A stretch of DNA of 64,000 bases from Chloroflexota bacterium (GTDB taxonomy: Bacteria > Chloroflexota > UBA11872 > VXOZ01), in assembly GCA_965221905.1 (NCBI GenBank), contig OZ244922.1:1888001-1952000 (forward strand). The letters run 5' to 3'. A program made the position numbers and the translations under genes. The notes beneath the pieces are model-generated. The model saw nothing but the letters and a program-made list of their open reading frames with translations, made no database searches and was not told the DNA's origin. How positions within the stretch are numbered: position 1 is the first letter of the stretch; each line of letters starts with the position of its first letter. This document shows positions 1 through 10,393 of the stretch, piece after piece.

Positions 1-70
1 TCCACGTTACGGCATTGAACTAAGTGACGTCGAGGACGCTGCGAGAGCAATCTCGGCTGATGTTGCCTAG
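1..70 (+). CDS. 3' end of a gene entering from the left edge, possibly a low-specificity threonine aldolase-like PLP enzyme
   Basis: Frame 2 reads PRYGIELSDVEDAARAISADVA*, with TAG at 68-70. Resembles threonine aldolase C-termini, but only 22 aa are visible. Confidence 0.3.
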   Translation, partial: PRYGIELSDVEDAARAISADVA

Positions 71-191
71 CTCAAGCCATTCTCCGAATGGTGTAAGTGT
101 CTGGTGATGCGCTGACAGAATGACCACCGTAGAGGGTTTGTGCGGTACGCCGACCTGGAGGCAATGGGCCAAAGAATTATCAGTATCACTC

Positions 192-219
192 GTAGGGGCA
201 CGGCATGCCGTGCCTCAAC
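192..219. repeat. GTAG-type REP-like palindrome
   Basis: GTAG followed by the palindrome GGGCACGGCATGCCGTGCC, between convergent genes. Confidence 0.6.
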
Positions 220-275
220 TCCGACGGTCGGTCTGCCCCTTTTTTCGCTATTGGTCTGATGCCCATAGATGCAGC

Positions 276-308
276 GAAGATGGATTCCGGCATACGCCGG
301 AATGACGG
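276..308. repeat. REP/RS3-like palindrome (GGATTCC...GGAATGAC family)
   Basis: GAAGATGGATTCCGGCataCGCCGGAATGACGG; near-identical copy at 17902-17934. Confidence 0.75.
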
Positions 309-394
309 CTCTCGATGTCTGTTGACTTTCATGGCAATTGCTTAAGGCCACAGTCTGCAAATGAATTGGTATACACCTGCGCTAATGACATTAA

Positions 395-1801
395 TCAGCT
401 AGTCACGTCAGAAAACATGGCGGCATAATGACGATACCAGTCGCTCTGGAACCGCTCTGCCGGATCGTAGCGCCGCTTTAGGCGGAGGAGCTCAGGAAAC
501 TGCGGATAGCACTGTTCTACCTGTGAGCGCTTTGCATGTTTGTGGTAGGTAAGGTAGTAACTGCCGCCGTACTGAATCGCACGATCAATCAAGCGGCGAA
601 ATGCTGCTGCGGCAAGGCCCTGCCCCTCCGGTGTATGCAATACGTGAAGATTGAAAATGACACAAGCGTAGTCTTCCTGTGCCCAGGCCAGAAAGCTCTC
701 CTCATCGCGCTCGACGAGCCGAATGGTGCCATAGACGACCTCAGTCTGATTCTGCCGGAAGTCTTCACGAACGTCATACATGAAGGGCGTCAGGGATTGG
801 CGCGGCACATAGATTTCGGTGATAACCTCCGTCGAGGGCGCTGCCGCGCCGAGGTGGTGGTCGAGCATGCGGTGGTAGTTTTCCTCGTAGTAGCCGAGTT
901 GATGCAGGTCCGACCAGTAGATTTGGCCGTCTGTTGCCAGGTAGTGCGCGACGTACTGCTCGAATGCCTGCGGTTTGTTGGCGTGCGCAAAGAGAATCAA
1001 GCGTCGCCAATCGTCAACGGAAAGTTCTCTCTGCTCCTCCGGAATGGGCGTTTCCGAGGCCACGGGTCGGTAGCAAGAGAACAGACCTTTCGTCAGATAG
1101 TCATCAGATGTATCGTCTATCGAGTATTGAAAGTCACCGTAGAGGAACCGATCTTCGACACGTTGCGCAAATGCCGGCATGAGCTCTTCGATGGTGATCA
1201 CGTTTACGGCGCGTTGCAGTTTGCACCGCGGAACAAGCCGCAGCGTAACGCTATAGACGACGCCAAAGAGGCCATATCCCCCGATGACCAACCGGAATAG
1301 CTCGCCGTTCTCTTGGCGGCTGCAGTGCCGGACGTTCCCGTCGGCATCAACGAGCACGAACGATTCAACGTCACCGACGATGGGGCGCATGCGCAAACCG
1401 CGGCCGTGCACGTTCGCTGCCAGGGCCCCGCCAATGCTCATGCGGTCGCCGCCGGTCTGCTTCTGGGCGATTGACCACTGTGGCTCCTCATCAATTGCGG
1501 CCTGACGGCAGGCGGCAATTAGCTCCGGCCAGTAGATGCCCGCTTCAACCGTAATCAAGCCTGCTGCGGCATCGAATGCGAGCACGTGGTCCAGCGGTAC
1601 CGTATCCAAGAGAATAGTGCCGCTGCCGAATTGCTGCCCGCCCATGGCATGCCGCCCACCGGCGATGGAGATGGATTTCCCTTCGTTCTGCGCAGCAGCG
1701 ACAGCGGCCTGAATGGCTTCCAGTGAATCCACCGGCACTATTCGATCAACGTTTGTCGGATTGAGTTGCGAGTGGATGTCGTTGACGTCAATGCCGGGCA
1801 T
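395..1801 (-). CDS. FAD-linked oxidase (VAO/PCMH-type, aldonolactone oxidase/DprE1-like)
   Basis: 468 aa; IAGGRHAMGG flavin-binding His motif, GGALAANVHG, GGYGLFGVV, C-terminal KRRYDPAERFQS. Confidence 0.85.
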   Translation of the reverse strand: MPGIDVNDIHSQLNPTNVDRIVPVDSLEAIQAAVAAAQNEGKSISIAGGRHAMGGQQFGSGTILLDTVPLDHVLAFDAAAGLITVEAGIYWPELIAACRQAAIDEEPQWSIAQKQTGGDRMSIGGALAANVHGRGLRMRPIVGDVESFVLVDADGNVRHCSRQENGELFRLVIGGYGLFGVVYSVTLRLVPRCKLQRAVNVITIEELMPAFAQRVEDRFLYGDFQYSIDDTSDDYLTKGLFSCYRPVASETPIPEEQRELSVDDWRRLILFAHANKPQAFEQYVAHYLATDGQIYWSDLHQLGYYEENYHRMLDHHLGAAAPSTEVITEIYVPRQSLTPFMYDVREDFRQNQTEVVYGTIRLVERDEESFLAWAQEDYACVIFNLHVLHTPEGQGLAAAAFRRLIDRAIQYGGSYYLTYHKHAKRSQVEQCYPQFPELLRLKRRYDPAERFQSDWYRHYAAMFSDVTS

Positions 1802-1818
1802 TTGCGCAGGCTTTCCTT

Positions 1819-3327
1819 TCAGCGGCTGCCGCGCAGGACCGTGGGGGCAAAGTCCGGTATCTCGGCAACGAGTGGGAAATAAGGACGCGGCGCTTTGTAA
1901 TAGTTGAAGTGACGGAGCGAGGGCGGTGTGGCCCCCAGCGTATCCAAGACGAATTCGCCTTTTGCAATTTCACTATAGGTTTGGCTATAGTTCATCGGAT
2001 TCTTTGCGACGATGAATTTTGCGCCTTCAATGTCCATGTCCAGGGCGCGGAACTGCTCGTCCCGCCACTCGTACGTGCCGTACGTCGTAATCAAGATCTG
2101 AGCGCTGCCACACTCCAGCACCGCCGTTGGCCCCATGGTCGCCCACTCGCCTGCCCAGATGCCGCCGGTATATTGAAACTTTCCATCACTTAAGGACTTC
2201 ACGACACCGGTGAGGGTCTGCGGACTTCCCCATTGGGGATCGATCTTGTGCCCCAGCGTCAACGTGACCGTGCTGCCTTCACCGGCTTCATGACAGAGCG
2301 CAGCCGCTTCAGGATCGACCACCGGCACGATGGCAAACCCTGCGCTGAGGTCCTGCAGGACAGGGATTGTAGCCACGCTGTCTCCGGCAGCACCGCCACC
2401 GACACAGTCAGCGCACTCTATTAACACGATAGGGCCGCCTGGAATCTTGAGTCCCTCGTCGACCGCCTCCTGGGGTGTGAGGGTGTCCGGTTCGAGCGCG
2501 AATCGATTCTCCCACATCAGACGCGCAATCCGGTCTGCGAGATCTACGGCGCGCTCCTCATCATTGTCAGTAATCACCAGGCCGCCCCCGCCCAATTCCG
2601 CCACGTCAATCGTGGCGTGGGCGTGGAACGCGCTGGTGGATAAGACTCCCGGCAGCTCTTCAAAGGATTTCGCTAAGCGCATCACATCGGCAAAGGGGCC
2701 GTCACCCACGGTGCTCGCATTAATGGCACTGGTCAGAATCGGCACTTTTGCTATGACCATTGCCGGCGAATGGGCGCCGTCGAGGGTGCCCAGGAGGAGT
2801 CGCGCGCCGCGCACGCCCGTAGTGAACGGATCAACGTGCGGGTAGGTCTCCCAGGCGATAAGACCGTCAGCGTGGCGCATCATCTGGGTGGTAACGTTTG
2901 CGTGCAGGTCGAGCGTCCCCACCACCGGTACGCCAGGGCCCACGATGGTACGCACTGCCGCCAGGAGGTCACCTTCCACGTCATCGACTTCCGTAGAGAC
3001 CGCCGCTCCATGCAGGGCGAGCAAGACGCCGTCCACGGGCAAGGCATTAGTGAGATCTTCCAGCAGGTCCGCCTTCAGTTGCGCGTAGCACTCGTGGTCA
3101 ATCGGCCCACCGGGGTAGGCGCTCGCCACGACGAGCGGCACAATGTCGGCGTTCTGTTCCTTCAGGGTGTGCAGCATGCCGCCAACAGCGCCGCCGCCAA
3201 TTGACATAACCGCTTCGCCGCGCGCGAGCTGGCTGCGGGCAAACTCGTCTCGTTCGATCAGCTTGCCGCCAAACTGGTTGCACTCGGTCAGAATTGAACC
3301 AACGGCAACCCGATGCGATCGCTCCAT
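1819..3327 (-). CDS. MlrC-like M81 family metallohydrolase
   Basis: 502 aa; ECNQF, LALHGA, DLHAN, TYPHVD and D..GGG motifs typical of the MlrC family. Confidence 0.85.
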   Translation of the reverse strand: MERSHRVAVGSILTECNQFGGKLIERDEFARSQLARGEAVMSIGGGAVGGMLHTLKEQNADIVPLVVASAYPGGPIDHECYAQLKADLLEDLTNALPVDGVLLALHGAAVSTEVDDVEGDLLAAVRTIVGPGVPVVGTLDLHANVTTQMMRHADGLIAWETYPHVDPFTTGVRGARLLLGTLDGAHSPAMVIAKVPILTSAINASTVGDGPFADVMRLAKSFEELPGVLSTSAFHAHATIDVAELGGGGLVITDNDEERAVDLADRIARLMWENRFALEPDTLTPQEAVDEGLKIPGGPIVLIECADCVGGGAAGDSVATIPVLQDLSAGFAIVPVVDPEAAALCHEAGEGSTVTLTLGHKIDPQWGSPQTLTGVVKSLSDGKFQYTGGIWAGEWATMGPTAVLECGSAQILITTYGTYEWRDEQFRALDMDIEGAKFIVAKNPMNYSQTYSEIAKGEFVLDTLGATPPSLRHFNYYKAPRPYFPLVAEIPDFAPTVLRGSR

Positions 3328-3346
3328 AGTTGTGTCTCCGATCTAG

Positions 3347-4597
3347 TCACAGTTCCATTACATCCGACAAAGCAGAGATGCTCGGCTGCTCCAAGTGGGG
3401 CGCAGCAGGCACAAGTTGATTGATCGCGTCCGGCCACTTGACTCCAGAGCCCGTGATGACGCAGACGACAGTTTCACCCGGTTTGAAGTATCCATCGGCA
3501 TGGAGCCGGACGAGGCTGGCGATAGTGGCCAGCGAGGCGCTCTCGAAGAAGTACCCGCGACTCGCCATGCGCCGGATTGCCTGGCGCAACTCATCCTCCG
3601 TGACCGCAGTTGCCGTGCCGCCCGATGCGCGGAGGGCCCGCAGAGCGTGCATGCCACAGCGTCCCTCGATGATAGACGTGGCGAGTGAGTCAGGTTCGGG
3701 TTGGACTTCGATTTCGGTACGGTTATGTGTAAGCGCGTGGAGCAGCGGGTGCGTGGCCAAGGTCTGACAGCCCACCATGCGCGGCAGACGGTCGATGAGG
3801 CCCATGTCGCGCAGGTCGATCAACCCACGCCAGATGCCGTAAAGGCTGTCGCCGCCGCCCGTGGGAACCAGGACGGTATCGGGCGAGCCACCAAGGGCGC
3901 TGGCTATTTCATACCCGATTGTCTTGTACCCCGTCACGCCGTAAGGACTGGCGAGCGGGTTGGGATCGGAAGAGCCGACCGGCAGCCAGCCATGGTCTTC
4001 CACAAGCTGCCGCATCATCTTGCCGATCTCCGATTTTGGCATCGTTACCACCGACGCGCCGTGAATCTGCATCACGCGACGAAGCAGTTCGGACGACGTA
4101 GGGTAGCCAATGACGAGCGCGCGCAGCCCCGCGAGCGCCGCGTAGGCGGCCACCGCCTGGCCGGCGTTGCCGGTGGAGGATGCCACCACCTTCGTGTAGC
4201 CGAGTTGCCGCGCCATGGTGATGTTCACCGCAGCGTGGCGGTCCTTGAACGACCACGTGGGATTCATCGTCTCGTTCTTGATGTAGACGTTTAGGCCAAG
4301 CTCGTCGCTCAACTCATCCAGGAAAGTCAGCGGCGTGCCGCCTTCGTCGAGGCTAAGCGGATGGTCTGCCACCGGGAGCATGTCCCCATAGCGCCAGACA
4401 TTGTGTTGTGGCCCGGCATTCCAAGCCTCTTGAAAACCGGCAGGCACGCCATCTTCCAGGTTGACCCGAAAGTCCAGCGGACCTTCCCGGCCTTGCTCGA
4501 AGCAGCCGGGGCACCCAAAGGCATACACCCCAATTTCATAGCGCGCGTCGCACCGCACGCATTGCAACCACTCTACGTCTGTACTCACCGTCGTCAC
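3347..4597 (-). CDS. Threonine synthase-like fold-type II PLP enzyme
   Basis: N-terminal CxxC...CxxC, EGGTPL, NPTWSFKDR (PLP Lys), SSTGNAG, GYKT, ITGSGVK. Confidence 0.85.
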   Translation of the reverse strand: MTTVSTDVEWLQCVRCDARYEIGVYAFGCPGCFEQGREGPLDFRVNLEDGVPAGFQEAWNAGPQHNVWRYGDMLPVADHPLSLDEGGTPLTFLDELSDELGLNVYIKNETMNPTWSFKDRHAAVNITMARQLGYTKVVASSTGNAGQAVAAYAALAGLRALVIGYPTSSELLRRVMQIHGASVVTMPKSEIGKMMRQLVEDHGWLPVGSSDPNPLASPYGVTGYKTIGYEIASALGGSPDTVLVPTGGGDSLYGIWRGLIDLRDMGLIDRLPRMVGCQTLATHPLLHALTHNRTEIEVQPEPDSLATSIIEGRCGMHALRALRASGGTATAVTEDELRQAIRRMASRGYFFESASLATIASLVRLHADGYFKPGETVVCVITGSGVKWPDAINQLVPAAPHLEQPSISALSDVMEL

Positions 4598-4647
4598 GCG
4601 CTTACCCTTTCTCCACGGAAATTACTGCACGTTACTGGTATAGCATA

Positions 4648-6120
4648 CTATTCTCGCGCCAAGCGCAGGAAAGACTCCCGGCCGTCGCGGAAAAGCTGCT
4701 GCATGCGCTGCCGGTGGGCAATGTCCTCGAAGCGCGCCTGCTCCGCGATCCATTGCAGCGAGCGTTCGATTTGAGCGACGAAGAACTGTGCCGAGGCTTT
4801 CGTGGCGGGATCTCTCCCGCCAACGCGAAGATAAACGGGACTCGTGTGGGCCCATTGGGCGTGGCCGTAGCTGTCCCGGCTGCGTCCGGCGCAGCGCGCC
4901 GCGATCCAGCCATCACCCGGGGGGACGAGCGTGGCAGTTAGTCTGCCTTCTTGGGTGCCGCTTTCGGCGTGCTCACCCGCCACTACAGTGCCGTTCATGA
5001 TGATTTCGACACGCTCAATCGGTAGGTGCGCCTGCCAACGCACTTCCGCACGCACCTGCTTTGGTTGGCGCGCGCGAAGATCGAGAATCTGCCCCGGTGG
5101 CTGACCCTCCACCGTAAGATCGAGCACCGGCCCATTCGTGATGAACGAGCGACCGGCGGTCAGCGTCTCCAGCCAGGAGTCGTAGGAAAAGGACTGCTCC
5201 AGGTGCGTGTAGACGCGATTTGCAGAACAGACGTACCAGTCGGAGCCCGTGCTCGCCGGCAGCTTGAAACCGCAATTCAGGAGGTGATACCACAAATCAT
5301 ATTCCGTATCGAGCCAGTACGGGTCGAAGAGATTGAGCGCGTCTATCCGCTGCAGTGAGGCGGCAATGGGCGCTTCCATGCCCCAGCCGTTGTGACACCA
5401 GATCACGACCCCGCCTTGTGCCCGGGCCGTATCGCACGCGTCTATGAGGGGCGGGTAGTCCGGATCGGAATCATCCACCAGCACGCCGCGGCTGAGCGGT
5501 TCAACCTGCTCCTGCAGGCGCACGAGCATCACGTGCCCGTAGCCGGAGCTACTATCGCCGAGAATGGCATTGTGCCGCGTCTCTTCCCCTACGTCGAGTA
5601 CCCAATGGGGTCGAGTCGGGTGGTCCATGCGCCCGACTGGGAAGCGATTGGTCGCATAGGCGAGTTCTTGCTGTTGGAGCACGCTAATGACCGTTACGGT
5701 AAGGTCTTCGACTTCGGTGTCGAACCGCAGGCGTTCTTCGGGACGGGTCTCGAACTCGCGATAATGGATGTGGGTGTTGCCCGGGTACCAGCCCTGGTCG
5801 TCGAGACGAATCCACCGCTGCAGCGGCAGCGAGAGATTCACAGTGCCTTTCAGTGGCACCGGCACCGTCACGTGCAGAGGCGCATATTCCGTGCCGCGTT
5901 CTACTCGGACGTCTGCCTGGCCGCGGGGCAGGTCAACCGAAAACGACCCATCAGCATAGAAGTAGGGATTGGTTGTCCCGACGGTTGCGATAGAGCTTTC
6001 AGGAGCGTGAAACAGTCCGCCATTGCCTTGCACAGAGACTTTGGCCGCGATCTCTTTGCCGCTTTGCGCATCTACGATTGTGCCGGTGACGGTGCCCATG
6101 TTCCCCACAATTCGGTGCAA
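4648..6120 (-). CDS. CehA/McbA-family (PHP-like) metallohydrolase
   Basis: VERGTEY, GWYPGNTHIH, WYHLLNCG, TGSDW, GRSFITNGP, AHTSPVY. Confidence 0.8.
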   Translation of the reverse strand: MHRIVGNMGTVTGTIVDAQSGKEIAAKVSVQGNGGLFHAPESSIATVGTTNPYFYADGSFSVDLPRGQADVRVERGTEYAPLHVTVPVPLKGTVNLSLPLQRWIRLDDQGWYPGNTHIHYREFETRPEERLRFDTEVEDLTVTVISVLQQQELAYATNRFPVGRMDHPTRPHWVLDVGEETRHNAILGDSSSGYGHVMLVRLQEQVEPLSRGVLVDDSDPDYPPLIDACDTARAQGGVVIWCHNGWGMEAPIAASLQRIDALNLFDPYWLDTEYDLWYHLLNCGFKLPASTGSDWYVCSANRVYTHLEQSFSYDSWLETLTAGRSFITNGPVLDLTVEGQPPGQILDLRARQPKQVRAEVRWQAHLPIERVEIIMNGTVVAGEHAESGTQEGRLTATLVPPGDGWIAARCAGRSRDSYGHAQWAHTSPVYLRVGGRDPATKASAQFFVAQIERSLQWIAEQARFEDIAHRQRMQQLFRDGRESFLRLARE

Positions 6121-6153
6121 TCCTGTCGGATCACTTGATATCTACTCCGACCG

Positions 6154-6176
6154 GTAGCGCAGGTTTTCAACCTGCG
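6154..6176. repeat. GTAG-type REP-like palindrome
   Basis: GTAG-CGCAGGTT-TTC-AACCTGCG intergenic hairpin. Confidence 0.55.
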
Positions 6177-6268
6177 TACTTCCTGCCGAGAGCAAGGCAC
6201 AAGGGGATCCGAAGGAGTAAAGGCGAAACCGAGTCTATCCAGAAGCTTGCCGTGCGCTCAGTGTCGGT

Positions 6269-7174
6269 CTAGGCAGCTAAGACTATCTCGTTGATGTCCC
6301 GATTAGTTGCCACCCAACAGCCGCCGGGCTTGTCCAGCGCACGGTGCAGCACGGTGTCAAGCATATCACAGTGGGGGTCTCGGGCCGCCAGGTACGAGGG
6401 ATGCGCGAGGAGGCTGAGAATCTGTCCGTTTGCATGAGCGTGGTCAACTGCAACGGTTGTGTGGTGGATGTATTCCCAACGGTCTAAGTCCAACGAGCGG
6501 AAGGCGATGGCATCGCTCAGTCCCATCATCGGGATTTCGGACAGGCCGTTCGGGTAGCGGTAAGGCTGTAGGATGTCGAGGCTATGTCGCACGGCGGCCT
6601 CCATGTCCGCGCGCGGCGGGTGCCACGTGCGTTCCGTCGGGCACTTGTAGTGCGCGGAAGCGAACTGAAAACCTTCATCTTGTAGGAGAGTCTGTACAGC
6701 GGGCGCGTCTTCCAGCCCGTTGTGAAAAGCCCCCGGCGTACGAAAGCCACTCGCTTCAACGCCTAACCGTTCACTTAGACCTCTGCCGGTCTGCCTGATC
6801 TCGTGGCGCAGGCATTCCAACGGCGAAAGCCCCCCGGCCCGCCACGGCGCTCGCTTGTAAGAGGAATGCAGGTCTTCAACACGCTCCGCTTTGACGTTTA
6901 CGTGCCGGTAGGTGTGATTGTCGAGGGCATGACCCTCCGCGACCAGCCGCTTGAGATAGTCAACGTCCGGGTCTTCCAAGGCGCTGCCGACCACGAAAAA
7001 CTGGAGCTTCACACCATACTTGTCAGCGACGTCCAGCAGTCTATGGACGTACTGCTTAACGTGCGGATCGATGGCGCCGTAATCGTCGTAATCGGACGTC
7101 CAGTAGGGAAAGTTGTAGGACATTTCGATGTCGAACGTCATGCTAAGGCAGAATTGAGCGCCGTTGGGGTACAT
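6269..7174 (-). CDS. Polysaccharide deacetylase (NodB/CE4-like)
   Basis: TFDIE, NHTYRH, GFRTPG and LAHP motifs; paralogue at 44610-45521. Confidence 0.85.
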   Translation of the reverse strand: MYPNGAQFCLSMTFDIEMSYNFPYWTSDYDDYGAIDPHVKQYVHRLLDVADKYGVKLQFFVVGSALEDPDVDYLKRLVAEGHALDNHTYRHVNVKAERVEDLHSSYKRAPWRAGGLSPLECLRHEIRQTGRGLSERLGVEASGFRTPGAFHNGLEDAPAVQTLLQDEGFQFASAHYKCPTERTWHPPRADMEAAVRHSLDILQPYRYPNGLSEIPMMGLSDAIAFRSLDLDRWEYIHHTTVAVDHAHANGQILSLLAHPSYLAARDPHCDMLDTVLHRALDKPGGCWVATNRDINEIVLAA

Positions 7175-7304
7175 GCTTCTTAACCACTCGCTTTAGTGCT
7201 GGTACCTAATGGCTCCTGCCTCAACCAGTTGAGGTGGCTGCTGCAACATCCATTCAAGGTAAATGCTGTCACGCCTACTCTACCTACTCAATTGTTCCTT
7301 CCGG

Positions 7305-7397
7305 CCTGAGCTTGTCGAAGGGAGAACGAGACGAACGCACCCAAATCCGCCCATGGTCCCCCAACCGTTCATGCTTCGACAGGCTCAGCACGAACGG
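7305..7397. repeat. Inverted pair of REP-like elements (CTGAGCTTGTCGAAG family)
   Basis: CCTGAGCTTGTCGAAG at 7305 and its inverted partner CTTCGACAGGCTCAG, nested in CCGTTC...GAACGG (7365-7397). Confidence 0.65.
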
Positions 7398-7569
7398 CTT
7401 CACGATTCAAAACAGATATGCGCCTGACGGAGTATCCACTACCCTGAACCTCAAGCCGACCAGCTTGACGCAGGTAATACTCTGCTTGCTTGGCAGCGCA
7501 ATGGGAAGACGCCGGGATGCTCAGGGGTCTTTTCTCCAGCCAATCAAGCGCTGCAACACACGTTCAGCC

Positions 7570-8838
7570 TTATGCCCGGTAGCGATCTGTCACCTTGGCC
7601 AAGATCGTCGCCATGTCCTCCACGTCCCGGTCGGTATACTTGTCCGTCCAGTTCCAGCGGATGGTGGTATCCACGTGCTCCTTGGCAATGGGCACCATGT
7701 CGCCGCTATATTCGATGTCCTTGGCAAACTCGTTCATCGGATGGTCCCACGGCCAGTGAGATTCGCCGGCCACGGTGGTCTTGGTGTGAAGAAAGGTGTG
7801 ACTATCCGGTACCAGTTGCCAGGGGCCGGGCTCAGCCTTCAAGCCCTCGGCCATCAGGGCATCGGACAGGTCCCACAGACCGCACGTGAACGCGTCCGGG
7901 TCAACGCGCAAATAGTAGTACCAGTAGATATGGTCGGCGCCTTCGGGGATGTGCGGCGGGATCAGACCGGGAATGTCCTCCACCACACGCTGGCTTAGGG
8001 CCGCAGTTGTTTCGCGTCGACGCTGGTTCTGCTCTTCAAGTATGTGGAGCATGCCCAGCACGAATGCCGCCTCAAGTTCGCCGAAACGCATATTCAAGCC
8101 GAAACGCACGTGTTTGCGGCCATAGCGCTCCACAGGCACGCCGCCGCGCATGACACCAAAGAGATGTACGCGGTCGGCAATGTCTTTGTTGTCAGTGAGC
8201 AGCGCACCGCCGTGCCCGCCCGAGAGATGCTTTTCGGCATCGAACGAGAAGGCGCCAACGTCGCCCAAAGTGCCGGCATTCTGCCCATTGTACTTTGCCA
8301 ACGGCGCTTGACACACATCCTCAATTAGGAGGATGTTGTGCCGCTTTGCCAAGGAAACAATATCGTCCATGGGGCAGAGCAGCCCATACCAATGCACGGC
8401 AATGATGGCTGCCGTGCGCGGCGAAATGACCTTCTCGATAGTCTCGGCGGTGACGTTCCCCGTGCGGATGTCTACGTCAGGAAAGATGGGAATCGCGCCT
8501 TGTGCCATGATGCCCGCCACAGAACCGAGGTCGGTAATGGGATTCACAATGACTTCTTTACCCGGCCCGATGTCCATCGCCGCAATGATGGTATGCAAGG
8601 TAGCGGTACAGTTGGCGAGAGCGACGCAGTACTTTGCGCCGTTCACTTCCGCGAATTCCTGCTCGAAGCGCGGCAAGAAGCCGGAAGTCAAGCCTTTCTC
8701 AAGTACTTGCTTTATGTTGTCATACGATTCTTGCGGTACGTCGCGGGGGAAGATTCCCGGCAAGGGGTCGTCCGCCGATCGCACCGGCGTCCCGCCTTCA
8801 ATTGCGAGTCTCGTGTCAACGGGGGTCTTAATCGCCAT
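7570..8838 (-). CDS. DegT/DnrJ/EryC1/StrS family aminotransferase
   Basis: FEQEFA, VHWYG, IEDVCQA, FSFDAEKH (PLP Lys), GLNMR. Confidence 0.9.
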   Translation of the reverse strand: MAIKTPVDTRLAIEGGTPVRSADDPLPGIFPRDVPQESYDNIKQVLEKGLTSGFLPRFEQEFAEVNGAKYCVALANCTATLHTIIAAMDIGPGKEVIVNPITDLGSVAGIMAQGAIPIFPDVDIRTGNVTAETIEKVISPRTAAIIAVHWYGLLCPMDDIVSLAKRHNILLIEDVCQAPLAKYNGQNAGTLGDVGAFSFDAEKHLSGGHGGALLTDNKDIADRVHLFGVMRGGVPVERYGRKHVRFGLNMRFGELEAAFVLGMLHILEEQNQRRRETTAALSQRVVEDIPGLIPPHIPEGADHIYWYYYLRVDPDAFTCGLWDLSDALMAEGLKAEPGPWQLVPDSHTFLHTKTTVAGESHWPWDHPMNEFAKDIEYSGDMVPIAKEHVDTTIRWNWTDKYTDRDVEDMATILAKVTDRYRA

Positions 8839-8930
8839 GGCTGCTACTCCTTCTCACGCAATGGCAGTGACAGGCACCGGAGAATTACGTGCCCGTCACC
8901 ACACTCGTTACAACAGTGTCTTGTGGCAGC

Positions 8931-10325
8931 TTAGCAGATGCAGCCACCCTCTTTCAGCGCAATATCCGCCACCTGGTGAATTTCGGCAATGGCTTCCGCA
9001 ACCGTCTTCTGTCCCTCTTCCATCTGTACCCACAATTCTGCCCACGCGGCATTGACGTCAGCTTGCTGCACCGCCTGGCGCAGAGGCACGCTAACATCTG
9101 CAATCGCTTTGTACGTATCCACATTCTCGAAGGGATACTGCACAGCCGGCGTATAGGTGCGGTTGGGTGGGAAGCGGCCGCCGCCAAGGTTTGCCCAGTC
9201 CGGTTGCACTTCTTCACTGATGAGATATTTGTAGAACTCCCAGGTAGCGTCCGGCGCCGGCGAGCTTCTGGCGATCCAGAAGGCGTTGATCAACAACGGC
9301 GTGCCACGACCCCCAGGCCCTGTCGGCACGTTGGCCAAATCGACGTTGAAAGGAGTTTGCCCCTCAACGATCTCTTGGTTGATAGTGCGTGTGAACCAAG
9401 GCCCGGTCAGAATCATACCGAGTTTCTGCTCGATAAAGTTAGGTGCGGCGTCGGTTTCCTTCATGTTGACCGGCGGGTGCACCTGATGCTTTACGACGTG
9501 GTCCAGCACCACCTGCGTGGCTTCGACTGCTTCAGGCGAGTTGATTGCAGGCGCGGTGAAGTCCTCGTTCCACCAGTCCGCACCCCATGACTTCAGCGCA
9601 ATGAGCAAGCTGTCGGTGCGGTTACCGCGAAAACTCAGTCCCCAGCGGGTTACGTTGTTGCTCTCGCGGGTAGTCAGTTTCGTGGCCACTTCTGTGAGCG
9701 TGTCCCAGGTCAGATTCCCATCGGCGTCAAGGTCAGCCGGAGATGTCAGACCTTCATTCGTCATAATGTCGGCGTTATACCAAATGGACTGGGCGCCGAT
9801 GAACCAGGCAATGCCGTAGAGATTGCCGCCGATCTTCTCAAGGGCGCCATCGTAGTATTCGGATAGGTCGAAGCCGGCGTCCTTCGCGATGAACGGGTCG
9901 AGCGGCTGGATGATGTCTGCCGTTGCAAACTGGCTGATGTAGCCGAACCAACCATAGTACATGTCATAGTTAATGCCCGCGGCGCTTGCAGCGACCGCTT
10001 TCACCGCCACGTCCGTCAAGGGCCACGTAACAAGGTCGAGTTCAACCTGCACGTCCGGATTGCGCTCTGTGTAGCGGTCGATGACCGCGCCATAGGTGTC
10101 GTCCCACACCTGCTGCTGGGTGGTAAAGTGCATGTACTTGATGACCGTCGGCTCCATCACTTCGGGTGCCGCCGTCGGTTCCGGCTGTGCCTCCTCTTCC
10201 GCTTGCGGTGCATCCGCAGGAGCAGCGGGCACTTGGCCACAGGCAGCCAAAGCGGCGCCACCTATGCCAACACTTGCCATCCCGGCCAGAATGAACCGGC
10301 GCGAAAACTGCCGTGTTGTGCGCAT
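8931..10325 (-). CDS. Carbohydrate ABC-type solute-binding lipoprotein (family 1), Tat signal, C-terminal GGCIC
   Basis: SRRFIL twin-Arg, LAAC lipobox, Ala/Pro/Glu linker, WYNAD, TWD, PTGPGG; AAGGAG RBS. Confidence 0.9.
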   Translation of the reverse strand: MRTTRQFSRRFILAGMASVGIGGAALAACGQVPAAPADAPQAEEEAQPEPTAAPEVMEPTVIKYMHFTTQQQVWDDTYGAVIDRYTERNPDVQVELDLVTWPLTDVAVKAVAASAAGINYDMYYGWFGYISQFATADIIQPLDPFIAKDAGFDLSEYYDGALEKIGGNLYGIAWFIGAQSIWYNADIMTNEGLTSPADLDADGNLTWDTLTEVATKLTTRESNNVTRWGLSFRGNRTDSLLIALKSWGADWWNEDFTAPAINSPEAVEATQVVLDHVVKHQVHPPVNMKETDAAPNFIEQKLGMILTGPWFTRTINQEIVEGQTPFNVDLANVPTGPGGRGTPLLINAFWIARSSPAPDATWEFYKYLISEEVQPDWANLGGGRFPPNRTYTPAVQYPFENVDTYKAIADVSVPLRQAVQQADVNAAWAELWVQMEEGQKTVAEAIAEIHQVADIALKEGGCIC

Positions 10326-10364
10326 GTTGTTCTCCTTGCCTTCAGCTACAAAGTTACTAACAGC

Positions 10365-10393
10365 ATCATACTCCCCCCTTCTCTTTTCGTCAA
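10365..10393 (-). promoter_or_regulatory. Sigma70-type promoter for the SBP gene
   Basis: TTGACG-17 bp-TATGAT on the minus strand, ~40 bp upstream of the ATG. Confidence 0.65.
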
